Assembly: GCA_963665665.1 (NCBI GenBank)
Contig: OY762428.1
Span: 2,176,001-2,240,000 of the forward strand
Origin: Candidatus Kapaibacterium sp.
GTDB taxonomy: Bacteria > Bacteroidota > Ignavibacteria > Kapaibacteriales > UBA2268
Length of the DNA stretch: 64,000 bases
Direction: 5' to 3'
Numbering within the stretch: position 1 is the stretch's first letter; every line of letters starts with the position of its first letter. The position numbers were made by a program, and so were the translations under genes. Shown piece by piece: positions 62,184 to 64,000 of the stretch. The notes beneath the pieces are model-generated. The model was not told the DNA's origin and did not search any database. It saw only the letters and a program-made list of their open reading frames with translations.

Positions 62184-62236
62184 CCGAAAAAAAGCATCCC
62201 GGATATTACCGAAAAAAAGCATCCCGGATATTACCG
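62184..62236. repeat. 25-bp tandem duplication in an intergenic region
   Basis: CCGAAAAAAAGCATCCCGGATATTA occurs twice. Confidence 0.85.
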
Positions 62237-62621
62237 GAAAACAGGAAAAATAAAGCATGAAAACAGAATGTAAATTTGTGATGGATAATATAATAATTAG
62301 CTATAACTTATCATGTATTTAGATTAATATCTGTTAATAATTATAAATCTAAACCATTGGTTTATAATTATACAATACCGCCAAAACTATTAGTATAATT
62401 AGAATAAATAGCTCGGATATTTTGTAATCCTAAGGCAAGCAATAGTTTATGTATGCAACATTTTGCAACAAACCTTATACAAATCTAAATAAAATCCAAA
62501 ATATTCCTTATAAAAAATTATAAATTTTCTTACTTTCTGCTTGCTATCAAGGGTTTGGGTGTTTCCGCCATACATGGCAGCCCGGACCGGAATTAATGGT
62601 TTATCCATCTTATTCGGGAAA

Positions 62622-64000
62622 ATGACTATGGCAGAAAAGAAAGGCAAAGAATCGGTGAAAATAAACCGCAAGGGAGCTCTCGTTTCCGAGATACCCCCCA
62701 TGGATATTATTTACGAGAAACCACCAACCGGCGACAGGGTTAGTAAATTCCTTGAAATTTTCGCGGCAATATTGAAACATTCAAACTACAGGCCAGTGCT
62801 GGAACAATATTCCAAGGTGTCTGCAAAATGCGGCAAATGTGCTGCCAAATGCCACGTTTACGAGGCAACAAAAGATCCAAAGGATATTCCCTGCAGAAGA
62901 TCAGAACTACTGATAAGTATTTATCGGCGTTATTTCTCTCTCGAAGGTTCTCTTTACGCCAGAATATTTGGCGGGTTTGAACTGACGGAGGAACATATCG
63001 ACGAAATGATATATTATTTCTGGAATTGTACTGCTTGCCGCAGGTGCGTTATTGAGTGCCCAATGGGTATTGACCACGGATTAATGACTCATCTTGCAAG
63101 ATATATACTTGCAGAAATGGACCTTGCCCCGAGGGCTTTGGTAATATCAACCCGTGAGCAGCTTCATGGAGCAACAAAGAATACTTCGGCTATTCCCTAT
63201 GTTGCGCTTGAAGATTCCCTGGAATTTCTCGAGGAAGAAATTGAAGAAATGCACGGTGTGAAAGTAAAATTTCCTGTTGATGTGGAAGATGCCGATTATA
63301 TATTCTTTGCTCCTGTATCGGATTATCTGATGGAAGCTGATACGCTTATGGGTATAGCCTGCGCCATGCATGCCGCAGGTGTTAAATGGACTATCGGCTC
63401 TAAGAATTTCGATTCCATCAACTACGGTTTATTCTATAGCGATATGATACTTGGAAGGGTCCTTCGCCAGATGGAAGACGAAGTAAGAAGGCTCAGAGCT
63501 AAGAAAGTACTTATCGGGGAATGCGGCCATGCAACCAGGAGTGCTACTTTCCTGCCAACATACTGGCGCGGAGACGACTGCCCCGAAATAGTGAATATTC
63601 TCCAGCTGACACATAAATTATGGAAAGAAGGAAAGATTAAATTCGATCCTACAAAAGTTCCCGAAAAAGTAACTTATCACGATCCCTGCAATATTGCACG
63701 TCAGGGCTGGATAACGGAAGAACCCCGCGAATTGCTGAGAGCTTTCGCGAAGGATTACTCGGAAATGTACCCGAACAGGGATGAGAACTATTGCTGCGGC
63801 GGTGGCGGCGGAACTGTTTCAATCGATGAAATCAGAAAATACAGAACGGGAGTAGCTGCACAAAGAAAGATTGTACAGCTGAAAGAAACAGGTGCTCATT
63901 ATGTTGTAGCACCCTGTGCAAACTGTAAAAAACAGTTCAAGGAACTTCTGGAAGACAACAAAATGGACATGGAACTTGTCGGTTTGCATGACCTGCTGCT
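62622..64000 (+). CDS. DsrK/HmcF/HdrD-like (Fe-S)-binding CCG-domain oxidoreductase, truncated by the window end (absent from the ORF track)
   Basis: Manual translation from ATG 62622/62628 gives SAKCGKCAAKCH, CTACRRCVIECPMGID, GECGHA, TYHDPCNIAR, NYCCGGGGG and PCANC, with no stop seen before 64000. Confidence 0.9.
   Translation, partial: MTMAEKKGKESVKINRKGALVSEIPPMDIIYEKPPTGDRVSKFLEIFAAILKHSNYRPVLEQYSKVSAKCGKCAAKCHVYEATKDPKDIPCRRSELLISIYRRYFSLEGSLYARIFGGFELTEEHIDEMIYYFWNCTACRRCVIECPMGIDHGLMTHLARYILAEMDLAPRALVISTREQLHGATKNTSAIPYVALEDSLEFLEEEIEEMHGVKVKFPVDVEDADYIFFAPVSDYLMEADTLMGIACAMHAAGVKWTIGSKNFDSINYGLFYSDMILGRVLRQMEDEVRRLRAKKVLIGECGHATRSATFLPTYWRGDDCPEIVNILQLTHKLWKEGKIKFDPTKVPEKVTYHDPCNIARQGWITEEPRELLRAFAKDYSEMYPNRDENYCCGGGGGTVSIDEIRKYRTGVAAQRKIVQLKETGAHYVVAPCANCKKQFKELLEDNKMDMELVGLHDLL

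Overview
Chromosomal window from an AT-rich bacterium of the Bacteroidota/Chlorobi/Ignavibacteria radiation. The placement is an inference, most compatible with Kapabacteria/Ignavibacteria-like organisms, and rests on four T9SS-type C-terminal-domain proteins, TAnnTTTG promoter boxes and a DUF2723 gene. Housekeeping genes are groES-groEL with a perfect CIRCE, a lone mraY, rpsF-rplI without rpsR, hutU, lysS, infC-rpmI-rplT, tRNA-Thr(UGU), rsmI and typA. These are interleaved with secreted beta-propeller/T9SS cargo genes, two sensor kinases, glycosyltransferases, nucleotide-sugar genes, stand-alone ATPases and a DsrK/HdrD-like Fe-S protein that runs off the right end. The most unusual structure is at 33.2-37.4 kb. 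Two homologous degenerate 21-bp-period arrays point away from each other across a ~520-bp very AT-rich spacer. The left array carries phase-preserving REP-like hairpin modules, a 252-bp higher-order tandem repeat and a complete IS4-family element inserted into a REP-like palindrome. Other leads are a membrane-anchored protein with ~19 conserved-motif/variable-core repeats, a DUF2723 (TMEM260-like) plus polyprenol-phosphate glycosyltransferase pair, a T9SS gene split by one in-frame TGA, and a degraded tandem duplication at the 5' end of a kinase gene.
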